This document shows positions 51,703 through 52,658 of a stretch of 52,658 nucleotides of DNA, one piece after another. A program made the position numbers and the translations under genes. The notes under the pieces are model-generated. The model was not told where the DNA came from. It searched no databases and saw nothing but the letters and a program-made list of their open reading frames with translations. Every line of letters starts with the position of its first letter. Positions within the stretch are counted from its first letter, which is position 1. The stretch comes from Callorhinchus milii. Its lineage: Eukaryota. The stretch is taken from NCBI RefSeq assembly GCF_018977255.1, contig NW_024705346.1:1-52658 (forward strand), in the 5' to 3' direction.

Positions 51703-52658
51703 TTGACAATAACCAATTGGCATTCTGGCAATAGCTAAGCCACGACCTCCAACCTATACAAGCATCCCCCTGGCAAGATTCAGGTGAATTTTGAATAAGA
51801 CAAACGTGTGAATGAGGCCATGAGGGCCCAGGTAGCGGGACCAGGGAGAAAGAATAGGTAATGTGGAGGAGGAGATTTTTTTCTTTGTTTCAAAGATATT
51901 CGTATTTTATTAAACAAAGGCGTATGCAATAGTATTTAAATGTGTTTTTGGTAGACAAATCCAAAATGGAGTTTACGTTTTATTTCTTCATAAATACCAA
52001 ACCAAACATGTATGTGATTTCAGTTTGAGAGTGGGGCTTAGAATTATCTTGTCCATGGATTCAATTCAGGTGGAGCTGGGCGGGGCTAAGCTTCGGAAAA
52101 TATTTCCCCGAGATGGGGAAAGTGGTGTTTGGTATATTGGAAAATATTCCTTGAAAATGTAAGCAAATTTTCCTGTTCATGCGAAGCACAATGAGACATT
52201 TCATTCGCCGAGACATCGTCCACAAATCGTTGTTACGCCGCGCGACATTGCAGCGTGTTCCGAATTGTCACTTTGATAACAAAAGCACAATTGGAACATC
52301 GTGTTATTATTCGAATGTATTATTTGACTGCCCCCATTGTTTAAACTGACACTTAATTTGCCTCAATGTACGCGACTGCCAACAGCGCGTGATTGACACG
52401 ATTAACCGTGTTTGTTATCCCATCTTCGGGTGATCCGTACAACCCTGAAACTCCCAAGCATCGCCATTGCAAGTGAGAGGGATGGGCGCCGCGCCTTTCA
52501 AAGCGCAGGTGCTGACACGTGCATTCTGCACAACAACAAAAAAAATGACGCATTCCGGAATGTAAATACGCACGCGCACGCATTAGTCATCATGTTAACG
52601 GAGCAAGTTTTATGAATGTGAATGTCACAGTGTCAATTTAATGACAAAGACGCACGTG

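Overview
The window has two very different parts. Positions 1 to ~34,000 read as statistically random DNA: about half GC by eye, CpG and TpA not depleted, almost no long homopolymers or microsatellites, no repeats and no credible genes (longest ORF 154 aa). This part is probably shuffled or synthetic filler, and I call no biological features in it. From ~34,100 to the end the sequence is AT-rich, repeat-rich, non-coding animal genomic DNA; a chordate or fish-like host is an inference from the SINE types. It has no intact protein-coding gene. The main signal is three short hairpin-shaped Penelope-like element (PLE) insertions at 35104-35424, 39525-40074 and 46016-46278. Each has a ~12-bp or longer target-site duplication, an inverted partial terminal repeat, a ~33-37 nt unpaired 3' extension and minimal type-I hammerhead ribozyme motifs whose stem II covaries between copies. 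A fourth, solo hammerhead motif lies at 48321-48380. Also present are a tRNA-Gly-derived SINE, other decayed SINEs, a deleted mariner-type element with a DUF4817-like HTH transposase remnant, a head-to-tail hAT MITE dimer nested in a SINE, and candidate CTCF and nuclear-receptor sites. PLE-borne hammerheads are a known phenomenon; this particular family and its structural details may not be described.
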